NCBI RefSeq assembly: GCF_964355755.1
Contig: NC_092670.1
Span: forward strand, 11,642,795 to 11,706,794
From: Antedon mediterranea
Taxonomy: Eukaryota > Animalia > Echinodermata
Length of the DNA: 64,000 nt
Direction: 5' to 3'
Under the pieces are notes generated by a model that saw nothing but the letters and a program-made list of their open reading frames with translations, was not told the origin of the DNA and searched no databases. Positions within the stretch are counted from its first letter, which is position 1. Every line of letters begins with the position of its first letter. Shown one piece after another: positions 13,894-35,725 of this stretch. The position numbers and the translations under genes were made by a program.

Positions 13894-14176
13894 TGCTGAT
13901 TTCTTTTTGTTATTTTTTTGTTGACTTGGTCACCTCAGCATTTTTGTCTTGCAAGTCTAAAAAGCAGAAAACAAAAATAATTGTCTTGGAAAACAGATTT
14001 CACAATGCTTTTTGTTTAGCCATAGAAGATTGTTCCGACATGATATAGGCCTAGCCTAAGTTTGTTAGTATGTGCAGTCAATGTGGAAATTATGATCGCC
14101 TCATGAACTACAGTAGTTGTGAAATGTATGTATGTATGCCATTTTTGCATTGACATTGACAGTTTATGCACATGTC

Positions 14177-14387
14177 AATTGAATGACTATGACCCACTAC
14201 GACCCCGGGAGAGGTGCACAATGTGTGTGTTAATGTCTGTCTCTTTATCACCGACAATATCATGAACCTAAAGGTAAGTCATTTTTTAATGCACAGGTGC
14301 GTCAAAGTATTCATAAGGTATGATGCACATTGGAAAATGATACACCTCTCCCGGGGATCGTATAGTTAGTGGGTCATTATACAATTG
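14177..14387. mobile_element. Small foldback/MITE-like element
   Basis: CAATTG..ATGACCCACTACGACCCCGGGGAGAGGTG at the left is inverted by CACCTCTCCCGGGGATCGTA..AGTGGGTCAT..CAATTG at the right. Confidence 0.55.
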
Positions 14388-14925
14388 AAAAATGCATTAT
14401 ATACTGTAGTGTCGACGGGGCTATATAAGTTTGTTAATTTTGCTATACAAAGCGCTCAACTCAGAAGAGAGAGGAAACATTGCTACATGGCGCATTTAGT
14501 AGAATCGGTAGGAGCTAGGAGGGGGAGAAGAGAAATTATCGTTCATCATCGACTCAACTAAAGTTAGTAGCATCAAATGAAACTTAATCTTTCTTCATTG
14601 CCCACTGAGTCTAGGCCTAAAAACTAACCAAAATCAAGCAACACCCAGTCAGGCCCATCTCAGCCAGAGAGGGGGCAGTGATGATATCAACATTGCAGCA
14701 CAGGTTCAGGCGGCTCATCATCATCAGGATGATGAGCCTAAAGTAAAACTAATCATACAACACAAAACAGCAGACGTGTCCAGATGCCAAATTAGTTTAC
14801 TTCAATATACCTTAAATTGTGTCGTTTATGTGTGACTATAGTGTTCCATCATTATTATACATTATTCCTGAATAGCCTGTGCACAAATAATTTATGAATA
14901 ACTATAGTTTGATACAATTTCTTAC

Positions 14926-15429
14926 CTCCTAAACAGGTGTCACTTCTTGCTTCTGTATCTTCTGCCGGATCTTGTTGTTTATTTTGTGTTCTCAGCAGAG
15001 GGGTAACTTCATTTTGGTGAAAAAGCTATTTTAACCTTTGACACCAGGGTATAGCTATTCTTTCATTCATTTTTACTCCCCGTTGACGTGGCATGAACTC
15101 GAAATAAACAACTGATTGTTTTACTATTTCGTTGAAACATATACTTAAAAATTACAATATATTTCAATTCTCTACTTATATCCATGTTCATTTGAATAAC
15201 TAAAATTCCCTGTCATAGTAAATAACCCACTTTTTTAAACAGTTACTGTAAATCGTGCACAGTCGGAATAAATCGTAAACCGTTCGGGTATTCAAGAAAT
15301 CTATCTCATTCACTTATACAATCGGTGTTCGGATTTATTCGGAAACTGTCGGATTTATAATGGCTGCGCCCAGGTGTCGTCGTGTACATTAGTCAACCGT
15401 ATGTGTACCCTCTTTGCACCGGTCCCTAG
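14926..15429. promoter_or_regulatory. Bidirectional promoter region shared by SLC12A8 (-) and STT3A (+)
   Basis: Outward-facing first-exon donors (minus-strand GTAAG at 14925, plus-strand GTAAGT at 15430) lie ~500 bp apart. The region is CpG-enriched, with TGACGTGGCA (UPRE/XBP1-CREB3-type motif) at 15084-15093 and YY1-like TAATGGCTGCG at 15358. Confidence 0.6.
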
Positions 15430-16251
15430 GTAAGTAAAGAGGCTTGTGTTTTCGAGTTTAAAAAATGTAAATTTTGAAATTGATTGACGTAACAAATCAA
15501 AGTTTTACTATGAATTGTTATTCTTTAATTTTTTATGTATTCATTTACCTTCTAATTTCTTTAATCATAGTTTCTGTTTTTACAAAATCAATGAATAAAA
15601 CGAATCGGTGTACCCTGCCGCGGCGGTGTAGCCTAGCTAGCTAGCTAGGCCTCTATAGGCCTAGCCTAGCTAGGGTAGCCCCGAATAAAGCATAAACCAC
15701 GTAAGCATCAGTACCCTGGATGGGATGGATGGGTCTAGGCATTTAGGTAGGACCACCTCTAGACTAGCCTAGACTGAGGCCTAGAGTAGCAGTAGGTAGC
15801 AGAAAAGGACCTCACTCAGACTAGGCCTCTACTCTACTCTACTGTAATAATAATAATAATAAATATATCATCTCAAAAAGTACACAGTCGTCCCATCGCA
15901 AAGTCGCCCCTAAAACGTTAAAATAGTTTACAAGTGCGTAAAATTACTACGCAATGATATTCTTTCGCAATTTGAACACAAAATGACACGAAATGTGTAG
16001 GCATAAAATTGGGAGCTCCTCGTGTAGTCCCAGGTCGCACTACATTGGAGCGACTTGACTGGATTCCATATCATATCCCAGCCAGGTATATATATAAAAA
16101 CACATTTATTTAGATAAAATAATTATTTATTTTTTAGGCCTAGCTAGCGTAGTTCAGTTTCTGTATGTATTAGTAGGTAACTGTATACTCGTTCATACTA
16201 TGAATCATCATTTTATTTTTGTTCATTATAGATTGATTAAAGCATACTTTG

Positions 16252-24695
<8,444 letters not shown>

Positions 24696-24998
24696 TTAAT
24701 GATTACTTTTTTGATATTTTTTTTCTTGTATTTCTTTTGAATTAATTTTGAATGTATGGATACATTTGTTGTATTTTTCTTAATCTTTTTTGTGTATTTT
24801 CTACAATTTTTCTCACATATTACGGCCAAGGAAAATACATTATATGGTTCTCATCAGCACCTCTAAAATATTACTTGTAGCAGTGTAGGATTTTTATCTT
24901 TTGTCCCCTGATTTTAATTACTTAGCAACCTTGCCGGATCCTCCCAAGGTCGACAGGTCATTTATATGTGGTAGCGTAGCTAGTCTTAGCTTCTGTAA

Positions 24999-25132
24999 AG
25001 CTCTGTCTACACTATCAAACTAGTTTGACAAAAAGTCTGCTGTGCCCAAATATGGTAGTGATATAGTGATCATCATGTCTATATATGGGCACATTTTTTT
25101 GTCACATAAACTTTGATAGTATAGACAGAGCT
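24999..25132. mobile_element. MITE family A copy in the probable STT3A 3' UTR
   Basis: Complete TIRs ~300 bp after the stop codon and upstream of the AATAAA candidates at 25771 and 25846. Confidence 0.75.
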
Positions 25133-26292
25133 TTAGGTCTACACTTTACGTAAACATTACATAAAGTAATGTTTTGTGTAAATATACAGTATTGAGAAAA
25201 GAATGACAATATCAACAGATTTTGATTTTTTGCTTTCAACCTTTGTATTTATTTCTTGACAAAAAAAAGTTGAAAATAAGCATTTTTGGTGAAGGGCAAA
25301 ATTTTGCGTTTAGGCAACTGATGACTTGGTATTTAAATATTGACATCTCATTAAGTAATAAACATTCACATGCATACAGTGTACACAGGGCTGCAAACGT
25401 TTTTAATTTTTACCACTCGCACCAATTACACTGTACAAATGGTCATATTTTATATAAACAATTATATTTAAAGCATCTTTGCCTCGTCTGTTTTTAACCT
25501 CTCGCTACGGCAAGTACAAAATACACAAATACAATTGTCAAAATTAAAATTTAAATACTTGTTGGGTGTTAATAAAGCTACAACTTCTAAGAATAACATA
25601 CAGTATATATACAAATTAAAACTACAGGACGTTCTTATGAACACAACATACACGCTAATGTACTTTTGCAGTCCCATAAATTGGTCATTTTGTAAAATTT
25701 TTTTTTATTTCATTAGCTGTAGTTATTGAATATAATTTCCAATGTACTTAATTTCCATTAAATTTGCATCAATAAACTCATCGTTACGTGAGATACATAA
25801 GATGCATTGTGAAGTGTATAATGTACAATGCTCTCAAGATATATGAATAAAACATAGAGAGAAAATTACTGATCTTTAATGTTTATTGCTACAACAGCAC
25901 TTTAGAATACACTTTATACTGTACTATGAAAACTAACCCTTTTTTAAATTACAGTAGTTACTAAAACATAAAAAGTTTGATACTGATAAATTCAGAGATT
26001 GTGAAAAGCAAACATTGAAATACAATCATTGTTGTTATAAAAATGTCACCATAAACTATACAGAGTTCAATATAAATTCGAAGTTAGTTTTAATTGTCTT
26101 ATAGATGAAAAACTACACTAAATACACATTATTCAGAAAAACAAGTTTTTCCAAACAGCACATAACACGTTTTATGTTGTTGAGCGATAGATGGCGACAA
26201 ACATCCAGTAAAAGTGTGTAAAAAATGCCGAGTTGTTATTGTTTATTTTTATTATGAACATTTTAAAGATATATAGTTATAAAAAAAACACG

Positions 26293-28216
26293 ATGTTGAC
26301 TAGAAATCCAGACAAAGACTTTGTTTTACATGGTACATCAACGCCACTAAGGTACACTTGCATTTCTAATGTCAATTTAGGCAGCCAAACATAAACATCT
26401 CTAGGCCTACTACTACGCCGTGGCTTAGTTACGACTGTTGCCACGGACGCGGAGCTACAGTTCCCCACCACAAGCATTTCTGAACTACTACTAGACTAGG
26501 CCTAGCCAGCCTAAACTAGGCCTAGACTAAATGAAATTATAAAGGACTAGCCATTTACAATAACATTAATGTTAGTGACTTATGTTATTAATTATTCGAT
26601 TGATATTAATATTATTGTCTAATGAATATTATTAGCTTTTTGGGGGCCTCCCTAGGCTAGGCTAGGCTAGGCCTAGAATAATTTATAAAAATATCCTCTC
26701 TAGCAGCTAGTCTCTAGTAGTAGGCCTACTCTAGGTAGTAGAGTATAATATACATTAGCTAGCTACAGTATAGGGCCTTATAACAAGTTGGTTGTAGAGC
26801 AAGGTAATTGATTTTAGTTGTAATTGATTGTTCTTTTTATAGAAAAGAAAATTCAAGACAATACCAGACTAACTCTGAGCGGACCTTGAGTACAACTAAC
26901 TTATCGCAATCAGCAATACTCACTGGATTGCGCAATGGAACGTTGAGTCGCTCATCTGGAAAGTATTCGACGTATGATACTCAACAATTGAATGATAGCG
27001 TCAGCAGTATTCTGAAAAAGAGTAGTCTTAAGCCCGGTAGACGGAGACAAACTGGAGAACTCTCCCTGGATCTGCAGAGTTTGAATAGCAGCTTGAACAA
27101 GAGCTTGAACAAAAGTGTTAGTTTCACAGAGCATCAGTCTCATGCTCGCCAAAAAGCTGAAGCAGACAGTGACGAAGAAAGTTTAACAGCTTTTGAGAAC
27201 GAGCTACAACGACTCATCGATAGCGATTTACAAGAAAATGACGAGTACGAGAAAAAGAAGTATCAAACCAGCAATATCCCAAAATCTCAATGGTATATCG
27301 ATCCTGTACATCTGAAGGATGACATGGAGTTTCCTGTCTTTGAATCCCTCGGAGTAAGTATGAAGTCGGTATCACCACATTCAAGAACTGCCGGAATGTT
27401 GGGAACTGAACTTGCTCAGCACCGGATTAATTCTGGGATTGTGCAAGACTCTAGCACTCGTCGGTACTTTCTTCCGACGTCACAATCCACTCTGAGAAGC
27501 ACTGTAAGTAGACCACCGTCGGAGAACGGAAGGTCAAGAAATTACTTATCAAAATGTGCTCAACTGGTAACAAAAGCAACGTCGGATTATAATTATCTCG
27601 TAGCTTCACAGCGCTTTGTCGATGGGGAAGAGATCGTTTCTCCTTACCGTTATGAACTTGCTAAGTTAAGAATGGAACGGCTGCGTCTTGAAGAAGACAG
27701 AATCTTGGAATCTAAAAGACAAGATGAACTGGAACGAATAAGAGGTCCGCAGCCTAAATGGTTGGTTTATGATAATTTTCATATGATGATTATGATTATT
27801 CTTTCACACTGGTTCAGAAAGTTCCTGCACTGGTTAAGAGAAGCACATTTGTAAACTTATACAGTACTTATTGTGAATATTAGAGTTGGTATACCCTGTC
27901 CATGTCATCGATAGTGCTCTGGTCCCATAAGAGCATGTAATTGAATGTACTATAGTGTACCAGAGAGTTGTAAGCACATATACAATTTATTTGTTTTTGT
28001 ATAATATTGAAAACAAATATTGTATTCAATTTTAGATATCATTTCAATATTGAATTTGTTTTTTATAGGTATGAGTTGAAAACCCCTCAATTTTGCTATG
28101 AAGCTCATAAGAACAATGGCCTTCTGAAGAGCCAGGATGAATGGCAGAATCTGCTGGACTATCGACAATCACTAATTAAGTCATCTAAACTCTTTCAAGG
28201 TTCCTTACATCAATGA
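26293..28216 (+). CDS. Uncharacterised protein (~374 aa), Ser-rich/disordered N-half and a conserved-looking coiled-coil C-terminus
   Basis: Exons 26293-26351 (tentative; phase-2 donor AG|GTACAC), 26843-27760 and 28069-28216 join in frame. The junction KW|YELKTPQF gives SPYRYELAKLRMERLRLEEDRILESKRQDELERIRGPQPKWYELKTPQFCYEAHKNN. The 918-nt exon is open and richer in GC than its flanks. Confidence 0.75.
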
Positions 28217-30156
28217 AAAGAACTGTAGCCTCGGAATAGGACACTTATTCCCACAATAATATCAACAAGTCTTAGACTATTAGATACTGTACTAAAAATA
28301 TGGTACCCTACAGTAGGAGCTGATTCAGACGTATAACCTGACCGTGGCAACTTCAGTAATCCTTGGGTAAAGCATTGCAGAGAGACACCCTATTAGGCTT
28401 ATATGATATGAAGGTTTTTTAAGCAGATATTAAAGATATATTGTCTACAAAAAAAATAATTTTGTTGTTGTTGTTGAATGTGCCATTTTAATGTCACATA
28501 TTAATGTCACATAATAGTTATTTACTTTGTTTGACCAAACAATTAATGCAAGTAAAATATATTTACCTAAAAAGCTGTAAGTAAAGCAAAACAAAACATA
28601 GTCTGGGAATGGGATTTTGCTTTAACTTAATAGTTTATTTGGTTTAGTTTGGTTTGGTGAAATGATTATTTTTTTTTTCTTACTGGGGTTTATTATAAAC
28701 TGCAAAATGGCCTTTTTAAAGTCTGATTTTATTCACCTTCAGTTTATGTTTTGATGGGACAAATACATCTTAAACTATATTTGCAGCGTGAAAAATAAAA
28801 GATATTGCTAAAAAAAACAAAAAATCGTCTACCTTTAGCTTACAGTGTATAATATCTGTATAATGAGGCCCTTTTAAGGACCTCATTATACAGGTATTAT
28901 AAGACAGTGCTGTAACAACGAAGTTGTTATTAATTACAATAATAAAGCGACAATGATATTGTATACAAACATTGACGTGAGCGCCATTGAAAGAAGAAAG
29001 GACAAGAAACGTGTCTAAGATGCCCCAGACTTATTTTTAATTTCAATATCGGGCTATAAAAGATTCCTATCAATACATTATTTAATCAACCAAGGCTATA
29101 ATATAACGTCCATCATAGATACGGTACTAAAAAGCAAAAATGTTTAATTAAAAACAAGGTATTACATATTGATGTTGCATGCATGTGTCGTGTTCAAGCC
29201 TTCATGGTTCAAGTGAATAAAACTAAACTAAACACATTTCTGAATTCTGATTAGTTGCTCAATTTAACAAGTCACAAAAAGTAGAAGAAAATATGAATAC
29301 ACATTCCCAGAAGTCAACGCTTTTGATGCGAAAATAAATTCGCCAATTGGAAAAGAGACTTCAATTTGCTCAGTTGTGTGACGCATGCGCATTTTCATCA
29401 TGTTGGTTTGACTTTTATAGAAAAAGACGGTGACATATATTATAACGTTGCTAATTAATTTTTATTTGTTTTTATTTGGGTGTTGTTTAAAATACATTCT
29501 TATTTGCGCTCTAACCAGCAACAAACAAAGACCAAAATGAAACTTGTATTCGTAATTTTGGTGGTTTTATCTATTTTAAAATTAGGCGAATCTGGTGAGT
29601 ATCATTTACGATTTTTATAATACAAATAATATAAGGGCCCACTATTTATTAATAATCTTTGGTCGAATTTGATTAATTAATTCGATTACTGTACTGTAGT
29701 AAAAATATTAGTTACTTGTAAATCTTTGTAACAAGAAGTCCACACACTTTAAACTTACAAATTATTGAAAAAATTACCGTAAATTACCTTAAATCCAATG
29801 TCAAAACTAAATGCTTGGTTCCCACTATAGAGACGCAAAGGATAATGTAAGTGATTTGACAAATGACAGGTCATGCGTTGCGTATCTAACCGGACCACGC
29901 TTTTGAATAACAATGTCTTACATCTCTCATTTCTACTTTATATGTTATTCCATATACACAACGAACCTTTATGGCAATGCGTCGCATTCTATCAAAATAT
30001 GTTACAGGCCTATGTATGTTACTGGTTCATAACATATTTTGAATACCGGAATCCGAGTAAATTCCTCAGTCTAGAAATGTCTTCAAAAACCAAGCAAAAC
30101 CTCGTAGGCTATGCCTTTTTAAAAAATGTGAAATTATTCAAAACTAAAATACTTAA

Positions 30157-30677
30157 AGATGTATTGTCCCTTTGACTAATTCAAAACAATTTTTTTTTTT
30201 TATTATTTCGAAAAAAAAAGTGGGTCATTTTGAAGTATCATAATAGTTAACTTTCACCAAAAATTAGTTGAAAAAAAATTATTTAACCGAAATACGGACG
30301 TTTTTTTGTTCAAAAAATAACTTGACTTCCAGTCAAAGTTTTCGATCAAAACATATCTCATAATGCAACGCGCTTGTATGCATAATCATAAAACTTCCTC
30401 GCGATCTGTGTGAAAACACCTTCTCAACCGAGTTGTAAACAATCCTAATTAGCAATATGCATAATGCATACTCGTGGTTTGAAATCTTTGTTTACTTTCG
30501 CTCGTGACGATATTCCAGACGAAATGTAATCAAATTAATTTATCTGTTAATTACGTAAACCTTTTGCCTCAAATTTTCGACTTAAAGTGAATAACTTTAA
30601 TATTACTTTGATATGGTCATTTTAAATTTAGAATATTTTTTTTTCATTTTTTGTGTTTCAAGGGACAATATACATCT
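30157..30677. mobile_element. Kolobok-like non-autonomous DNA transposon
   Basis: TTAA|AGATGTATTGTCCCTTTGA ... TCAAGGGACAATATACATCT|ATAA. The same terminus recurs at ~28756-28773 and ~58999-59018 (GGGACAATGCATCTTTAA). A TTAA target with purine-purine ends fits Kolobok. Confidence 0.55.
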
Positions 30678-30789
30678 ATAAACAGTCAGGGGAAATTGCA
30701 AAAGGCTTCCTACTTTCTAAGAGTTTTTATGGGACAATACATGCCCTTACTCACTGTAACGTGTTAGGTGCTTCTCATGCATCTTCGTA

Positions 30790-33560
30790 CCTCTCTGAAA
30801 AGCTAAAAGAATGCATAAGTTTGTACCCCTTCAGTCCGCTTATCATAAGAAAGCCACTAATAAACTATGGTTTAATAAAGAGATAGAAAATATAATCAAA
30901 GTTAAACACAAAGCATGGAATAAGTATCTTAAATGTAAAAATCAGAGTAATTGGAATAGCTTTGTTTTAGCTAGGAATCAAGCTACCAATGAAGTCCGCA
31001 AGGCAAGAGCTTCTTTAGAGAAAACAATCGCTTCAGATGTTAAAATAAATCCAAAATCCTTTGGCATTATGTAAATAGTCAGCGAAAATATAAGCCTTTT
31101 ATTCTAGACTTAAAAGATGATGAGGGAAATTTTGTGTCGTCAAAAATAAATAAAGCTGAATTATTTAATGAATCGTTTATTGGAGTTTTTACAGTGGAGA
31201 ATCTTAAGGAGTTTCCTGAAATGGCTGATAAACCAGATATAATTCCGGTCAATGATATGAAGCTTTTAGCGTCTGATATAACTAAATATTTAAGTGGTTT
31301 AGACATCTGTAAGTCGCCAGGTCCGGATGAGATCCATTCCAGGATTTTAAAAGAAAATTCAGATATTTTGGGTGAAGCATTAGCAGTTATTCTTAATAAT
31401 TAATGAGTGAGGGTGTGGTTCCAGAATCCTGGAAATATGCCGATGTCGTTCCGCTCTATAAGAAAGAAGACAAGTCAGCTCCGCTAAACTATCGACCGGT
31501 AAGCCTAACATCAAACTTATATAAAACAATGGAAACATTTGTTGGAGATGAGATAGTGAAACATTTTGAATTAATTTCCCTTTTTTCCGTTGCTCAGCAT
31601 GGTTTCAGATCGGGCAGATCTTGTTCAACTCAGCTTTTAGAGGTTCTTAATGACTGGCAAAATTCTTTGGATTCCCAAGAGAGTTTTGACTGTTTGTATC
31701 TGTATTTCCAAAAGGCCTTTGATAAGGTGCCTTATTGTCGTTTATTGAGGAAACTTAAATTTTATGGAATAAAAAGAAAATTATTAAATTGGATTAATTA
31801 AGTCTTTTTTGTCTGGAAGAAAACAACGAGTTTCAGTAGAAGGAATCAAGTCTAAGTGGAGAGATGTTGTTAGCGGAGTTCCGCAAGGGAGTGTATTAGG
31901 CCCTGTCTTGTTTTTAATTTTTATAAACGACATCCCTGATTCTTCTTTCCCTTTTCAGGGAATTTATTGGTTCAAAGTATATTGGCCTTTGGCCCTAATA
32001 CAAACATAAAAATTAACTATAACTTAAGATAATTGTTTCTTCTTTCAAAAGCAAAGTAGACGTATTTTCCTAAATTATAAGTAAAATTTGTGTTGGAAAG
32101 TAATAAACAAAGCTTATTAATAGAAGGAAAAACACGAATAAATCTTGGAATAAAACTTTTTCTTAAATCATTATAAAATGTGCATTGCAAAATAAAATGA
32201 TATTCATCCTCAACAATGTTCTTTTTACATAATTTACACGTTCTCTTATATCTTTCTACACCCTCCCATCTGCCCTTTTCAATTTCTAGCTCTAATATCC
32301 CTAAACGTAACTTAGTTAATAATCTTCTTTGTTTAAAATTAATGATGTTGGTCAAGTGATAACTTAAACATATTTCTTTTTTATAAAGAGAAAAGAGCCT
32401 TAACTTATTATGTAAACTACATTTTTGAATGCATTTTTGTTTTTCAATATCACATAAGCGCAACTTAAATTCTCTCAAAAATAAACCTTTACTATTAACA
32501 TATTGTTGTAACCATATATAACCAAAACCAGTAGAAAAGAGTAAGTGTTTGACCTGTTGTGCCCAACAATTCTCATTACGGTTAACTTTTCTAAGTTGAA
32601 ACTCATAACACTTAAAAATGAATCTGTCATGATCTAAAGTAATAATATGTAACCAAAATCTTATAACTGTAACTAAACAATCCAAAGAAAGTGGTAATCT
32701 ACCTAACTCAGAAGTAACAGCGGCATTCAGTAAACCAATCAAAAATTAAAATGTTTGCAGATGACACAAAAATGTATTTTAGCATCAATAATATAGACGA
32801 TATAATTAAATTCCAGAGTGATATTGATTTATTGTATAAATGGTCCTCTACATGGCAATTGCCCTTCAATCTAACGAAGTGTAAGATCATGCATTTTGGT
32901 AACAACAACCAGAAGTTTAAATATAGTATAGGAGTAGGCTAAAGCCGAGTTTTAGATCTCATTTGTCCCATGTAATTTCTGCTAACAGGAAGTTAGGTAT
33001 TATATATCGAGCGTTTACATTTTTTTGGACCCTGAGAGTTTGTTGCTTTTATACAAGTCGCTTGTACGTCCAACCCGGGAATACTGTAATAATGTCTGGG
33101 TTCCTAAGTTTTTAGCGGATGAGGATAGGTTGGAGAAGCTACAACAAAAGGCCACCCGATTCATTCCGGAACTAAGGGGTACGGAGTATGTATGTAGGCT
33201 TTAAATACTTGATCGTCCTACGTTAGTTTATAGAAGAAAGAGAGCTTCTCTGATCCAAGTATTTAAAATACTGAAAGGAATCGATAAATTGGACATCGAA
33301 ACCTTTTTTAATATGTCAACTATCCATTATACTAGAGGTCATTCTTTCAAACTATCAAAGCCGCGGGTCAAAACTAAATGGGGATCAAATAATTTTGGAG
33401 CAAGAGTAGTTAACGATTGGGAACACTTTGCCGAGAGTTGCCGTAGAGTCAAGTCATTGAATCAGTTTAAGTCTAATTTGAATTAACACTGGAAAAACCA
33501 CCACCAGAAGTTTCAGCCGTATGCCACAGTGCCTAAAGACATAAAATAAAATAAATAAAT
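30790..33560 (+). mobile_element. Degenerate 5'-truncated CR1-type LINE (RT region), in intron 1 of paralogue 1
   Basis: Frameshifted pieces: [105 protein letters not shown]. Boundaries are approximate. Confidence 0.85.
31943..32724 (-). mobile_element. 3' fragment of an RTEX-like LINE nested antisense inside the CR1
   Basis: Open frame ELGRLPL...TKLRLGILELEIEKGRW...RTCKLCKKNIVEDEYHFILQCTFYNDLR (C-terminal zinc knuckle), followed by AATAAA. ATTC is duplicated at 31939-31942 and 32725-32728; removing the insert restores [20 protein letters not shown]. Confidence 0.75.
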
Positions 33561-34291
33561 AAAAGAGATTTGTAATTCCAGAGAGGCGAATAAACAATTT
33601 GCTTTAGCCTTAATTTCAAGGTAATTCACAGATGTGCCTGCAATATACCGGTAGTATGCTGCGGGCGTCGTGCCGGTATCGTTACCGGCATATACCCATT
33701 CTCATCGGACTATCGTGCCGGAAATATAACTGGTAAATACCGGCTTTCTGTGAGAAAGGAGTCGGGCATATTCGGTCTATAAAAAGTCTCTGACAAAATA
33801 ATTATTGAGGGCGTCCTTTATTGTTATTATTTTTGTCTAGCGATATATGGCGGCGAATTTTAAGTTACAGATTATTATCTTCCTTTATAGCATTATGCAA
33901 GTCATGCTATGTACAGTATATTGTGCATATATTACACATGTACAGCAATTAATTAGCCGTCAATTAAAAGTTGTAATAGTCTACACATATCTATCAACAT
34001 CGTTAAAAAATATAAATTACTTTACACTATCACAGGTTCCATGACCAATACAGTATAGTTAAATATGATTTAACATGCAAGCGATACTTTAAAATAAAAA
34101 ATAGTTTTAATAAAAGAAAAATAAATAAATAAACAATTAAATAAAAAAATAAAAACAATTTTTTATAGCTTAAACCAATCGATTTTGTCATGCAATTTAG
34201 AGAGTTTATTGCAGTGAATTAAGTTAAGTGAAGACACGAATACAAAATAGTTACTGTATTTATAACGTTTTATGAAGAAAATTAAAACATT

Positions 34292-34831
34292 ATTAAATAA
34301 GTTCATTTGGATCTCATGATAATATGTAATGTGAAAAAAGGTTACTTCTATATGATCCAATATAGTGTCAATTGTTTGTAAGATGATATCGGTACTTACA
34401 TTTCCAGAGAACTTGACGTTTCGCCTACTAACAGCAAGGCATAATCATAATTAGTGAATACGTTTTGGTGACGTAGCGGTGACGTTACGGTGACACGGTT
34501 GAAAGGAGCCATTGTGAAGTTTACCGCTTGGAGTTATCCAAGCGGGATGTGCGGGGGTCGGTCTCTTTACGTTTTAGAATGTTATCGTAAATGTGCGATA
34601 TTTCATAATGCTCCTTCATCTCTATTCATATTATTAGGGTGTAATCTTTTATATGTATCGCTTTTTTTATTTTTTCTTGTGTTCCATTCAGTTTCTTTTG
34701 CTAAGACTTTGATGTTGTTCCAATTGGGTGTGTGACCAAGAGTCGCCATATGATCCGTGATAGCCGAGCTGTGAAACTTTTCTGACGCCGACTTTCTGCT
34801 TGATCTGGTTGATCAAGCAGAAAGTCGGCGT
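34292..34831 (-). mobile_element. Penelope-like element 3' fragment (GIY-YIG C-terminus + pseudo-LTR)
   Basis: Minus strand gives frameshifted SAITDHMATLGHTPNW..IKVLAKETEWNTRK..AIHIKRLHPNNMNRDEGA..SHIYD, then ATGATTATGCCT..AGGCGAAACGTC. A 21-bp inversion marks the 5' end. Absent from the homologous intron of paralogue 2. Confidence 0.75.
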
Positions 34832-35725
34832 TAGACCTATTTCAGTTATCACTACAATTTCACTTTTCCCTGCCTGCTACATCCGATTTCTAAACGTTTA
34901 AAAAAAAAACAATTAAACTACGTGTTCATTATTTCAGCTTATCTCTCCTTCAAGAAACCCACGCCATCTAAATAAGGTCATTCTAAAGAGGCAACTGATG
35001 GCAAAGACGGTATTGAGGAAGGCTGCACGCACTCAGTCCACGGTAGGCTTAATAACATGTACATCTATTTATTTGAGAAAAGTTCAGTTTATTCGATGAT
35101 CATCCCCAATTGATATTGCATTTTTAAAATATATATTTTTAGATAGTTTCTTACTGACACCTCCCCGAAGACACGGGGAATTGATGCGGATACCCGTGTC
35201 TGGAAAAGAGTTCGCTTACGGAGTGTCCACTTATACGAGAAGTTGGATAGAAGATCCACACTTTTTAACGAAGTGTGACCGAACCTCTCTTTTCTAGGTT
35301 ATTATATTAATATACTCAGAGAAGAGTTACCCTAATGTAATTTCATTCTTCCCTGATATATTTATATTCCATAAAAGGCTGTACTCGAAAACAACTCGAT
35401 CTCTTCTGAAGTCTCGGTAGAAACAAACAATATCGAAGAGGCAAATAAACCTATCCCTGTACTAGAATGCATGATTAATAGATCTCTCTTTGCAATTTCT
35501 CCTTCTTCAACCACCCACTTATTCTGTCTTAACTCTGGTTCATATCACTTTACTTCCATTAAAAACAATCCGGATCGATCATTTCATTTCATTTTATTTG
35601 TTTACAGGAAGCACATCCCCAGGTGAATGGTTAAGAGTAGATTTGGAAAAAGAGTCTAACATAACAAGAGTGACAGTAATCAACCGCGTTGAATATGGAG
35701 TAAACGGAAGTAGGATTGTCTCTAA

